Of a stretch of 64,000 nucleotides of DNA, positions 50,071-62,790 are shown one piece after another. Position numbers and translations under genes: made by a program. This DNA comes from Eledone cirrhosa (lineage: Eukaryota): assembly GCA_964016885.1 (NCBI GenBank), contig OZ024741.1:219232001-219296000 (forward strand), read 5' to 3'. Numbering within the stretch: the stretch's first letter is position 1; each line of letters starts with the position of its first letter. The notes beneath the pieces were generated by a model. The model worked only from the letters and a program-made list of their open reading frames with translations. It searched no databases and was not told the DNA's origin.

Positions 50071-50146
<76 letters not shown>

Positions 50147-50149
50147 TAT

Positions 50150-50685
50150 ATCATCATCATCACCGTTTTACATCTATTCTTCCATGCTAGCATGGGTTAG
50201 ACGAGTGTTGTCCTGTTGTGGGGAATGTTAGGTCAGGTTACCATACCTTGCTTATACGGAACTGATTTTGGCTTGGCTTCTACAGCTGGATGCCCTTCCT
50301 AATGCCAACCTCATTTACAGTGAGTACTGGGTGCTTTTTGTTGTGCTGCCTACATGACCAAATTACAGTGTGGGCTGGCTGCTTTTTATCATGACACTTA
50401 CATGACCACATTACAGTGTGGGCTGGGTGTTTTTTGTCGTGATACTTACATGACTACTATACAGTGAGAGGGTGTGGTGGGGTGGGGGTGGGAGCTTACT
50501 GCCTATATGCTTCAGCTTTGGCCTGTGCCCGTGGCAAGTCGAGTCTTCTGTATTACTGCATAATGCCAGAGATCTCTGTCCTGTTTTATCGCCTTTGAGA
50601 GGTGCAGTTGGGCAAGGTCAGCTTTTATCACCCCATCCCAAGTCTTCCTGGGTCTTCCCACTCCAAGGCTTCCATCGACTTTGTC
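50150..50685 (-). mobile_element. RTE LINE 3' end with 48-bp-like units in the UTR
   Basis: VDGSLGVGRPRKTWDGVIKADLAQLHLSK..DRDLWHYAV plus a (GAT)n tail. Confidence 0.8.
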
Positions 50686-50792
50686 TTAGTTTGTTGAATT
50701 TCCATTATTTTACAGAACCTGTATTTTTAAAATACAAGTCTATATATCAGAGCACACCACAATGAGTTGTTAGTGGCAAAAACAATAGTATG

Positions 50793-50849
<57 letters not shown>

Positions 50850-50853
<4 letters not shown>

Positions 50854-53333
50854 CTGGTTTGGTCGAAAAGGTAAACGGTCGACAGGTTACAAATCAATGG
50901 GTTGTGCCATACAATCCATATTTGATTATGAAATATCGTTGTCATATTAATGTGGAAATCTGTAGCTCAGTGAAAGCTTGCAAATATCTATTCAAATATG
51001 TTTACAAAGGTCATGATCGGGCAATGATCAATGTCAGGAATAAGGAAGCGAACCAAGGAGATGAAGTTGGCAGGTTCCAGGATGTTCGCTCGATTGGATC
51101 TAGCAAAGCTTGCTGGAGATTGTTCGATTTTGATCTCAATGAACGCAAACCCAGCGGTTCACTTAGAGAATAGGCAAATGGTCTGTTTTCAGTACACTAG
51201 AAGAGGTGTCGAAAGAATCGCTAACACACCACTTCCTAAGATGGAATTGACTTAGTGGTTCAAGCATAATAGGGAACATGCTTTGAACCCGGATCAAAGG
51301 CAACTCTACTGCGATTTCCCTTCGCACTATACGTGGGATAAGAAGGGAAAGAAATGGAATGATAGAAAACAAAAGTTGAGATTCATGACTATTGGACGGG
51401 TTTGTAATGTCCATCCAGCATCTGGTGATGTGTTTTATCTCCGAATTTTGTTACATAATGATTTTTTGAGAGGTAAACAGAGCTTCGCTGATTTGAAAAC
51501 AAACAATGGCGTGGAATATGAAACATACCAGGCTGTGTGCCAGCATCTGGGACTCCTTCAGGATGACGCTGAATGGAATAACGCCATGGAAGCTGCAAGA
51601 ACAACACAGATGCCAGCTCAAATAAGGCAGTTGTTTGTCACAATTCTAGGATTCTGCAATCTTGCCGATCCAAGTGAGTTATTTGAACGCCATTGGGGAA
51701 TTATGGCTGATGATTTTAGGAATCATCTTCAGGTCGATGATGAAAATTTTATAAAAGCTATTGTTTTGCTCAATATTGAGCAACTGCTTGAAGTTCATTT
51801 CAAATGTTTAACAGATTTCAATTTGCCAATTCCTGATGAAGAAATGCGGCAACGTGTCTTAACATTGAACATGAGATTGCAGCTTAGACGGTTCCCACTC
51901 GATCGGAGGGAACTATTCCAGTTTGATCCACTGGAACAGCAACGTATTGTGGATGAACGTATGCAAATGTTGACCCAATCTCAGAGAGAAATGGTCGATG
52001 GCGTTCACCACTCAATTTCCACTAATGAGCAACTTTGTGCTTTCATAGATGCTCCAGGAGGCACCGGAAAGACATTCTGTTTCAACACTATGTTATCGGC
52101 AGTCAGGGCTCAGAGGAAGATTGCTCTCCCTGTGACCACCAGTGGGATCGCTGCCACTTTGCTGAGTGGTGGAAGGACCTTCCACTCATGCTTCAAGGCT
52201 CTATTGGCTCCAGATGAGTTGAGTGTCTGTAACATTACAGGACAAACTGAACTCGCGGGCCTTATACGCAATACGTCTCTGATTATTTGGGACGAGGGTC
52301 CAATGGCACACAGATATTTGCTGAAGGCATTGGACAGAACTTTGAGAGATATCTGCGGTATGACCTGCCATTCAGTGGTAAGACTATCGTTCTTGGTGGT
52401 GATTTCAGACAGGTGCTACCAATTGTTAGGAATGCTCAAAGAGCGCAAATTGTCGATGCATCCCTGTTGTGGTGCCATTTCAGAGTTTTGCGATTACACG
52501 ATAATATGCGACTTCGTATGTTCGGGCAAAATGAAGAGGCTGAGACATATGGCCGATGGTTGATGCAGTTGGGAAACGATGAATTGCCACACGTTGGTGA
52601 TAATCAGACTGTAAGAATCCCAGACCATTTGGTCATGCCACTGGACCGCCAAGCATTGATCAACAGGGTGTTCCCTAATTTGAATGCTTTTTGGCAGAAT
52701 ATCTCCTGGATATCAGAACGCGTTATTCTAACTCATACGAATGCAACGGTCGATGAAATAAATTCACAAGTAGCCGGAATGTTTCCTGGAGAGGAATGGT
52801 TAACCGTCAGTGCGGATGCAATGGAGCCTAATCAGCAGAACAATATGAATGTTCCGACTGAGTATCTGAATTCACTTCAAATACCCGGATTTCCCCCACA
52901 TATTTTGAGGTTGAAAAAGGGTATGCCGATTATATTGCTTAAAAATATCAATCATAAAATGGGTCTTTGCAATGGTACCAGATTGATTGTTGAGAGATTG
53001 ATTAACGGAAGAGTTTTAGAAGCTAAACTCCCAGGCAGAGAGGAATCGGTTCTCATTCCGAGGATCATGCTGAGACCAAGTGAAGATCTGCTGCCATTCA
53101 TTTGGCAAAGGAGACAGTTTCCCATCAATTTGGCCTTCTCCATGACTGTCAACAAGGCACAGGGACAGACTTTCAAGCGAGTCGGTGTCTACTTGAATGA
53201 TCCAGCATTCAGCCATGGGCAACTGTATGTTGCTGCATCTCGAGTGTGTGATCCTGATGGTATAAAATTTGCAATTGATACCACTAACAGAGGAACAACC
53301 CTGAATATTGTCTATAATGAAGCTTTGAGCTGA
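50850..53333 (+). pseudogene. Helitron Rep-helicase (C-terminal Rep region plus PIF1-type SF1B helicase), frameshifted
   Basis: WVVPYNPYL..HINVE..KYLFKYVYKGHD; DAPGGTGKTF; IIWDE; LGGDFRQVLP; GLCNGTRL; QFPINLAFSMTVNKAQGQT; FSHGQLYVAASRV. Confidence 0.95.
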
Positions 53334-53789
53334 TGTATGCATATCTTTAATGCTATCAATAAGCGACGTAAATGATTCGGACATTGGTGTCCTTTTATCA
53401 GTATTGTGAGCTTTGACAGAGTTATCATTTATGTTCAATGTCATTTAATGTCGTTATGAGCAATAAAAACAAACAAGTATTGGTAAAAATTGCTTTCACT
53501 GCTATGTTGTGGAATAAATACCAACAAGTATTGGTAGAAATTGCCTTCACTGCTATGAATATTCGACGTAAATGATTCAGACATTGGTGTCCTTTGATCA
53601 GTATTGTGAGCTTTGACAGAGTTATCATTTCTGTTCAATGTCATTTATTGTCGATAATGAGCAATAAAAACCAACAAGTATTGGTAGAAATTGCCTTCAA
53701 ATTTATCGCTTCTGATAGCGGTGGTAATAAAACCTCATGATATGCTGAGTCTGGCAAAAAGGTTGGATCCTATGGCCGGCCAGAGCTAG
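50850..53789 (+). mobile_element. 5'-truncated Helitron
   Basis: RepHel remnant and a 3' UTR with a ~200-bp duplication. Candidate end is the palindrome TGGCCGGCCA followed by CTAG at 53786-53789. Confidence 0.75.
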
Positions 53790-54249
53790 AGTAATATTGA
53801 AAAACGATTCTATTTTCTAAGTATAAGGATCCGCCATTTGGAGTTCAAACCAGGCCACCTCCCCGAGTTGAACTCTGGGCAACATTGACTGTCTATTACT
53901 CAGTGGCTAAGAGCCTTGAAATTACTGAATAAATTTTTGTGTCATATAATTTGTTGTTTTATTGTTATAGCTGACCACTTATAGATTAGCATGTTATCCA
54001 TATCCATATTAATTTGGCATTTGTATAAACCATTTCAAGTAAATAGGGACCTTTTTTACATTGACGGACATCTTTTATATTAATTATCTATATCTATATC
54101 TACATATAATATAAAAGATTGGAACTTCCATCATCCTTTTGAGAAACGTGGAACAACCACGTCTATGCAATGATACACGTTTTACAGTCAGGCTGAAGAT
54201 GAACCATCTCCTAAAGGTCACTATTCTAGGTGGGAGCACCTAGAATTGT

Positions 54250-54770
54250 TCATATACTATGCACAAACAGTACAACGAAGAATCTGGTATATCTGGAAGA
54301 TTTTTTTTACGCCCCATAATAAGTGAATGCTTCAAAGCAGCATGCTCCACTTTTTCTCAGACACATCTCATATATACTTGATGATCATTCTCTATGGTGT
54401 ACGGCCTTCAGCCAATATCTCCCAGTTCTCCATATCAACCTTCAGAGCTTTAAGATTATCTTTGATGGCATCCCTAAACCGCTTCTTTGGTTTATGCTGT
54501 GGCCTGCACCCCATAAAAATTTTTTATCAAGATCTGGATTTGTCAACCAACTGAAGTCACACAAGACAGGTAGAAATCGAGCCACTTATGAAATGGTTCT
54601 ATTGCCATGTCCTCTGCAGTACATTTGCAATGTATGTGGCTTGATTAGACATGGAAGAATACATGACGTCACATGCCAGCCTGTAATGCCAGGAGACAGA
54701 CAGTTCAAGTGTCACACCTGTGAACGTGCAATGTTCAATGAAGGGATAGCACACTTCTGACAAGACATAG
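54250..54770. mobile_element. RTE fragment with internal inversion
   Basis: Minus-strand RPQHKPKKRFRDAIKDNLKAL abuts plus-strand C2H2-like LKSH..CNVC..H..FKCHTC. Confidence 0.55.
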
Positions 54771-55000
54771 TATTCAACACACACACACACACACACATAA
54801 TTTATTCATAATATACAGTTATAATATACAGTTTGAATATTCAAATCACATACACACTGAACAAAAGTACATTTAAGATAATAAACATTCATATGTCCTT
54901 TATTTTTCTGCTGATTTCAGTTATTTAGCTGAAGCAAATTTAGAACACCACCCTTTAGTATTTACATTACTCTGTATATACTATAGTATATTCACGATAT

Positions 55001-55360
55001 AGGTGGCAAATTGGCAGATTCATTAGAATGTCGGATAGATGCTTTATGGTATTCGTTCCGGCTCTCTGCTCTCTGAGCTCAAATCCTACTGAGGTCAACT
55101 TTGTCTTTCATCCTTTCAATGTCGATAAAAAAAAGTACCAGTCTAGTACTGGGGTCGATTCTTCCTCTATATCTCTTTCTCATTCGATTCTTCCTCTGTA
55201 TCTCTCTCTCACTTTCTATCTTTCTCTGGAAGAAAGCTGCTGTACTCAGGCTTGGAGAGAGATGGGCTCCACCAAGCTTAAGATGCCCAAGAAATGCCAT
55301 ATGTCAATATGGCATCCCTACAACTCTATCAGGAGTTACGGGGCCATACCATACATACAT
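55001..55360 (+). mobile_element. tRNA-derived SINE with alternative tail
   Basis: Homologous to 7305-7635. Confidence 0.7.
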
Positions 55361-56749
55361 ATTCACAGTAAAGGCTTTATCTCACATAATCTCGAATCTA
55401 TAAGATTTTGATGACATTATTGTTTACTTTATGAATGATATCTTAATGTCAGTGTGAGCTGCAGGCTACAACCGCTTTGGAAAAAGGGAGAGAATTCGGG
55501 CTGGATACAGCTGGTTTAAATGTTAAAGGGTTAAAAGGTTTTTAGTAATGTTTTTGTTAAAGTCTGTTACATATTTTATTGATTTTTATTTGTCAAACTG
55601 CTAAGATATGAGACATAACTAACTAGCAACCTAAATACAAACATGGGAACACACACACACTTTCATATGTAATGGACTTATATATACATATATATGTATA
55701 TATCATCATCATTATTTAATGTCCATTTTCTACGCTAGCATGGGTTAGACGGATTGTCACATTATGAGACAAGTCAGATATGTATTTTGACTTGCCCTTC
55801 CTAACACCAATAATGTTACAGTGCAGTCTGGGTGCTTTTTATCATGGCACTAACACAACTACTTTACAGTGTAGACTGAGTGCTTTTTGTCATGTCACCA
55901 GCACGACCACCTTACAGTGTGAACTGGGTACTTTTGTTGTTTCACCAGCTCATACATTCTATACTTAGCTTGGTTTCTATGCCTGGATACACTTCCTATT
56001 GCTAAACACTTTACAAAGTGTACCAGGTGCTCCACAGACAGATGGTTTTCCAAATTGAGAAAAGCTTTTTGTCATGACGCCTGCATGATTACTTTACAGT
56101 GTGGACTGGGTGCGTTTGTTGTGACACCTACACAACCACTTTACAGTGTGGGCTGGGCTCTTTTGCCATGGCTCCAGGGCACTTTATGGAGGGGGTTGGG
56201 AACTATACAAATTAACTATTTTTAGTTATAATATATTCATAGCATCAAACAGAAAATCTCTAAACAAAACATCAACAATTTAATAAGTACTCGTAATAAT
56301 AGAAATCTAACAATCGTAAACTATAATTAATTGTCTTTAACTTAACATAATCATCTTATAGAATGTTATTGAAAGATCATAGCCATTATGTGTGATAGAC
56401 GGACAAAAAGATTGTACAGTTATTATCATACAGCTTTTATTGGAAGGCAAATTAGTAAACATATTCATGTTTATAAAATAACATTATTCAATATTTAATG
56501 TATGCATGCCAGGAAGTAAAAAGCATAAAATACGAATAATATCAAACTGCCTGAAATTGCTCCTGATTCTACAATACAATGATGTTTAGTTTAAACTTTA
56601 TATTTTTCTAAAAAATTTTCATTATAATTTTATGTAAAAACCTTTGTTAATTTATGTTCCAAACACTGGTTTAATAATGAGAAACTTAGTTATATTACAG
56701 AATCCATCCAAATACTTGATTATTTTCAAAATTATTTGAAAACTATAGG

Positions 56750-56950
56750 CAGTGTCTTTCACTTAAAATATGGTAATGAAAGGGTTAAACAGCATAGACA
56801 GTGTCTTTTATTAGAAATATAGTCATGAAAGGGTTAAACAACATAGACAGTGTCTTTCATTAGAAATATGGTCATGAAAGGGTTAAACAACATAGACAGT
56901 GTCTTTCATTAGAAATATGGTAATGAAAGGGTTAAACAACCTAAGGAGTG
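56750..56950. repeat. 49-bp tandem repeat with AAAGGGTTAA
   Basis: About 4 copies; same unit as 14275-14456. Confidence 0.8.
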
Positions 56951-57267
56951 TCTTTTCATTCTAAAAGATGAACAGCTTCACAATTCATGAAGAAATAATC
57001 AAACAAAGGTTATATATAAATGAATAAGATATATGGGCAAAGACAGGGAAACGAACAAAGACAGGCAGTTCCATCTCATCACTTGCTAAAGATATGTTAT
57101 TTCATTGCTTTAACCCTTTAGCATTTAAACCAGCCGCATCTGGCCAGATTCCTCTCACCTCTTTCTGTTCAAATCAGGCGTAACTGGCTGCTCATACTTA
57201 TCTTATGGTATTGTTCTCAAAATAAAAAAATATTAAAATATCATAGATTTGATATTATGTGAGATAA

Positions 57268-59420
57268 TTATGTGAAATAATTAAATGAGGAGAATAAATG
57301 GGAAAAAGATAGTCTGCCCCAAATCGATCCAATAGAAGGACCAGCGGTGCAAGTTAAAGGTAGTATAATAAGTAAGGCAATCAAAGATATGAAGACAGGC
57401 AAGGCAGCTGGGCCCTTGGAGATAGTTGCTGAGATGTTGAAGGCATCTGGTATGGTGGGACACACTACAGTCACCCGCGTAGTTAACCAAGTAATACAGA
57501 ATGGGGTCATACTGAAAGACTGGCGTAGCAGCGTCATCATTAACTGCTACAAGGGTAAAGGGGATGCTCTAGATAGAGGAAACTATAGAGGCATTAAGTT
57601 AGTTGACCAGGTCATGAATGTCACAGAAAGAGTTATAGCGTAACTAATCAGAGAGTAAATTGATCTAGATGAAATGCAGTTTGGGTTTGTGTCAGGTAAA
57701 AGTACCACAGACGCTCTTTTCCTTGTACGACAACTACAAGAGAAGTACCTAGATAAAAGTAAACCCCTCTACTTAGCTTTTGTAGACCTGGAGAAAGCCT
57801 TTGACAGAGTCCCCCGCTCCATTATCTGGTGGGCTCTTAGAAAACTAGGTGTAGATGAATGGCTTGTGAGAGCTATACAAGCTATGTATAATGAAACTGT
57901 TAGTAAGGTTAGAATTAACAATGAATATTGTGAAGAATTTAGTGTAAAAGTTGGCGTTCATCAAGGCTCTGTCCTTAACCCCCTCCTATTTATTATTGCC
58001 CTTCAGGCTATAACAGAGGAGTTCAAGACAGGCTGCCCATGGGAACTCCTATACGCAGATGATCTAACGCTCACAGCTGAATCAATGGCTGAACTAGAGA
58101 AGAAATTTGAAACATGGAAGCATGGCCTAGAATCAAAAGGCCTTAAAGTTAACTTGTCTAAGACTAAAGTTCTAGTTTGTAGAAAGGAAAATAGGGCACA
58201 GGTGTCCTCAGGGAAATGGCCATGCTCAGTGTGTAGGAAAGGAGTAGGCAGAAATTCCATTTTATGTTCCAAATGCAAAGTATGGGTACATAAAAGATGT
58301 AGTGGGATCACAGGTAAACTATCTAAGAACGTAGACTTTATATGTGGCCGATGCTCAGGTGCAATAAGTAGCAAGTGTCCACAGGATACTAGCTCCTTCT
58401 ATTGCCCAGATGGTTCTATAGAAATAGTAGACACTTTCTGTTACCTGGGTGATGAAATCAGCAGTGGAGGAGGGTGTTCTGAAAGTACAGTAGCCAGAGT
58501 CAGAACGGGATGGAAAAAGTTCAGAGAGCTTATACCGCTGTTGGCCACAAAAGGTTTCTCTCTAAAAATGAAAGGCAGATTGTATGATGCTTGTATACGA
58601 ACAGCAATGCTGCATGGCAGTGAAACATGGGCATTACGTGCAGAGGACCTGCGCAGACTGGAAAGGAACGAAGCATGCATGCTCCGTTGGATGTGTAATA
58701 GTAATATATGTGAACGGCAAAGCATAAATGAACTAAATGAGAAATTAGGAATAGGAGGTATCAGATGCTGTTTACTTGAGAGAAGACTACGTTGGTATGG
58801 CCACGTGATGTTCATGAAAGACGACAGCTGTATAAAAAAGTGCAGGGCGATCAAAATTGATGGTAGTTATGGAGTAGGTAGACCCAGAAAAACCTGGGAC
58901 GATCTAATAAATTCCGACCTTACACACTTGCACCTCTCTAAGACAATGTCGCTGGACCGAGATCTTTGGCGCTACGCAGTCATACAGAAGACCCACCTTG
59001 CCTATGTACAAAGCGAAACCTACAGTCAGTAGGCACCTCTTAACCAAATATACACCCCAATCCACTACCCCTACCCGATCCTCCCACTCCCACCAACACC
59101 AGCCTCTCTCTGTAAAGTTGGTACCACAACATCCAGTCCAAATAAATGAGATAATGAGATCGAGATTGTGTAGGTGTCATGACAAAAAACACACAGTCCA
59201 CGCTGTAATGTGGCCGTGTAGGTAACACGGTAAAAAGTTCCCAGTTCCACACTGTAAATGTGGTTGGTGTTAGGAAGGGCATCCATCTGTAGAAAACCTG
59301 CCAGATAGTCCTATATGAGCGAGACACAGTCACCCGACCAACCTTGACTCAAATTGGGACAACTCCCGTCTAACCCATGCTAGCATGGAAAATGGACGTT
59401 AAACGATGATGATGATGATG
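57268..59420 (+). mobile_element. 5'-truncated RTE LINE with full RT domain and embedded PHD finger
   Basis: GKAAG, YKGKGD..NYRGIKL, QFGF, FVDLEKAFDRV, GVHQGSVL, LLYADDL, GLKVNLSKTKV, FCYLG, RLRWYGHV. Two in-frame TAA near 57641-57658; (GAT)n tail. Confidence 0.95.
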
Positions 59421-59554
59421 AAAGTGTGAGCGAATGACGGTTCCCTCAATCTGATCCCTCACAAAGGGACAGCCAGTGCTACCCATGCTAGCGTGGAAGA
59501 TGGACATTAAACGACGATGATGAAAATATAATAGTAATTATAATGAATGAAATT

Positions 59555-60705
59555 ATTGTGTACAGTGCTCTGGTGCACTACAACTCATCAAAGGTGCATG
59601 TATAGTACATAGAATAATATACAAATGTCAGGGAAGTGAATAATGTATGAGTCATGATATACATGTGTGCGTGTGTATGGAGGGGAATATTAGGTGTAGT
59701 GTTGGCGAATCTCAGGAAGCATGGAGGTTTTAAAGGATGCAGTGTCTCGACAGCTAATAACTGATGCAGGTAGTTTGTTCCATGGAGGTTTTAAAGGATG
59801 CAGTGACTCGACAGCTAACAACTGATGCAGGTAGTTTGTTCCATGGAGGTTTTAAAGGATGCAGTGACTCAACAGCTAACAACTGATGCAGGTAGTTTGT
59901 TCCATGGAGGTTATAAAGGATGCAGTGTCTCGACAGCTAATAACTGATGCAGGTAGTTTGTTCCATGGAGGTTTTAAAGGATGCAGTGACTCGGTAGCTA
60001 ATAACTGATGCAGGTAGTTTGTTCCATGGAGGTTTTAAAGGATGCAGTGACTCGACAGCTAACAACTGATGCAGGTAGTTTGTTCCATGGAGGTTATAAA
60101 GGATGCAGTGTCTCGACAGCTAATAACTGATGCAGGTAGTTTGTTCCATGGAGGTTTTAAAGGATGCAGTGACTCGGTAGCTAATAACTGATGCAGGTAG
60201 TTTGTTCCATGGAGGTTTTAAAGGATGCAGTGACTCGACAGCTAACAACTGATGCAGGTAGTTTGTTCCATGGAGGTTTTAAAGGATGCAGTGTCTCGAC
60301 AGCTAATAACTGATGCAGGTAGTTTGTTCCATGGAGGTTTTAAAGGATGCAGTGTCTCGACAGCTAATAACTGATGCAGGTAGTTTGTTCCATGGAGGTT
60401 TTAAAGGATGCAGTGTCTCGGTAGCTAATAACTGATGCAGGTAGTTTGTTCCATGGAGGTTTTAAAGGATGCAGTGACTCGACAGCTAACAACTGATGCA
60501 GGTAGTTTGTTCCATGTTTCAGCAACTCTGAGCATGAAAAAATGTTTCCGAAAGTCATGGGAGCTGTGCTTTTTTCTGACTTTGTAGGCATGTCCACGTG
60601 TGTTAGACACATGGAAATCAAAAAGGTGCTCAGTGTTGTTGTTGGCAAGATGGTTAATAATTTTGTGGGTGTTTACCAAGTCAGTTGCCAGATGTCGGAG
60701 CATCA
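59555..60705 (-). mobile_element. CR1-type LINE 3' end containing a 61-bp tandem expansion
   Basis: TRGHAYKVRKKHSSHDFRKHFFMLRVAETWNKLP; homologous to 34770-35170. Confidence 0.9.
59720..60514. repeat. 61-bp minisatellite (13 copies)
   Basis: Unit CATGGAGGTTTTAAAGGATGCAGTGTCTCGACAGCTAATAACTGATGCAGGTAGTTTGTTC. Confidence 0.97.
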
Positions 60706-60929
60706 ATTATAGAGCATTATAAATGCTAAAGGGTTAACATCCATACAACTGGCTCTAGTGCACAAGAGACAGTAACAAATGGACAAAGTACAAGATGATA
60801 GTCTTAACAACTATTTACAAATAAGAGAAAATTTGCCTGTAACCAATGAGGTAAAACTGAAAAGATATGAACGAGGCCCAGCATAATGATTGGCTAAGAA
60901 GAATGAAAAATGGAAGAGATAAAACCTAT

Positions 60930-61300
60930 TACAGTCAGTAGGCATCTCTAACAAAATACACCCCCGTCCCACCACCCCCACCCCATCCACACCGCCCCTT
61001 TCAATGTAAAGTTATGTTGGCACCACAACATCCAGGCCGAAACAAATGAGATCGTGTCGGTGTCACGACAAAAAAACACACAGTCCATGCTGTAATGTGG
61101 CCATGTAGGCAGCACGGTAAAAACCTCCCAGCCCACACTGTAAATGTGGTTGGTGTTAGGAAGGGCATCCAGCTGTAGAAAACCCGCCAGACAGTCCTAT
61201 GCGAGCAAGACAACCACTCTTGTCTCAAGTGGGAAAACTCCCGTCCAAACCCATGCAAGCGTGGAACATGGACGTTAAACGATGATGATGATGATGATGA
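60930..61300 (+). mobile_element. RTE LINE 3' UTR fragment
   Basis: Reverse-complement match to 22455-22820. Confidence 0.85.
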
Positions 61301-61489
61301 TAGAGAATATACAAACGTTAGTGTGTCTGTAGAGAGAAGAATGGTTAATTCTTCTATCAAAATATCTTATTGCGACCTTTTGCCGCTGGCTATATTCTTT
61401 TTTCTTTTTTGCAAGCAAATAGTCTTAAGTGATCACTAATGTTAAACTATAATCTGGAAATAATACATTACAACCTTAAGAACCACCAA

Positions 61490-61524
<35 letters not shown>

Positions 61525-61589
61525 GTTATTATTATTTTTATTAAAGAGATCTTAAGTATTCTGTGAGGCTTGCTGATCTATGTCTGAGT

Positions 61590-62061
61590 AGAGTATTTTT
61601 ACCATAATGGGGGCATTATATTAATAACTATGGGTGGTGGATTGGCAGTATTGGTAGAGGGTCGGACGCCATGCTTTGACGCATAGAGTTACGGCCCTTG
61701 CCATTCTGAGTTCAAATCCCGCCGTGGTTAACTTTGCCTTTCATCCTTACGGGGTCGATAAAATAAAGTACCAGTAATGTACTGAGTAATTGCTGGCCTT
61801 GTGCCAAAAGTAGAAACAATTATATTAATAATTGTTTCTACTTTTAGCACAAGGCCAGCAATTACCCAGTGTATTACTGGTACTTTATTTTATCGACCCC
61901 GTAAGGATGAAAGGCAAAGTTAACCACGGCGGGATTTGAACTCAGAATGGCAAGGGCCGTAACTCTATGCGTCAAAGCATGGCGTCCGACCCTCTACCAA
62001 TACTGCCAATCCACCACCCATAGTTATTAATATAATGCCCCCATTGTGGTAAAAATACTCT
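61590..62061. repeat. 472-bp near-perfect palindrome of SINE plus 5' flank
   Basis: Arms of ~234 bp, 4-nt centre (ATTA), about 5 mismatches. Confidence 0.95.
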
Positions 62062-62114
62062 TATAAAAATACAATTATATTAATAATTAACAATTATATT
62101 AATAACTAAGGTAT

Positions 62115-62116
62115 GT

Positions 62117-62181
<65 letters not shown>

Positions 62182-62262
62182 ATAGTAATAGTAGTGGTGG
62201 TAATAGTAATAGTAGGAGGGTCAGTAGTAGTAGTAGTAGTGGTGGTGGTGGTGGTAGTGGTG

Positions 62263-62316
<54 letters not shown>

Positions 62317-62409
62317 ATGGTGGTGGTGGTAATAGTAATAGTAGTGGTGTTAATAGTAATAGCAGGGGGGTCAGTAGTAGTAGTAGTGGTGGTGGTGGTG
62401 GTGGTGGTG

Positions 62410-62442
<33 letters not shown>

Positions 62443-62578
62443 ATAGTGGTGGTAATAGTAATAGTAGGGGGGTCAGTAGTAGTAGTAGTGGTGGTGGTGG
62501 TAATAGTAATAGTACAGGGGTCAGTAGTAGTAGTGGTGTTGGTGGTATTAGTAGTAGTAGTGGTGGTGGGGGGGTCAT

Positions 62579-62609
<31 letters not shown>

Positions 62610-62683
62610 GGTGGTGATGGTGGCGATAGTAGTAGTATGGTGGTGGTGGTGGAGGGTTAGCAGTAGTAGTAGTAGTAGTAGTG

Positions 62684-62745
<62 letters not shown>

Positions 62746-62790
62746 GGTGGTGAGGGTGGTGGTAGTAGTAGTAGTATTAATGGTGGTCAT
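62115..62790. repeat. (AGT)n/(GGT)n microsatellite
   Basis: Visible. Confidence 0.95.

Noticed and set aside
51283-53333. Host PIF1 helicase gene
   Set aside because: Intronless, frameshifted and fused to Helitron Rep-side motifs.
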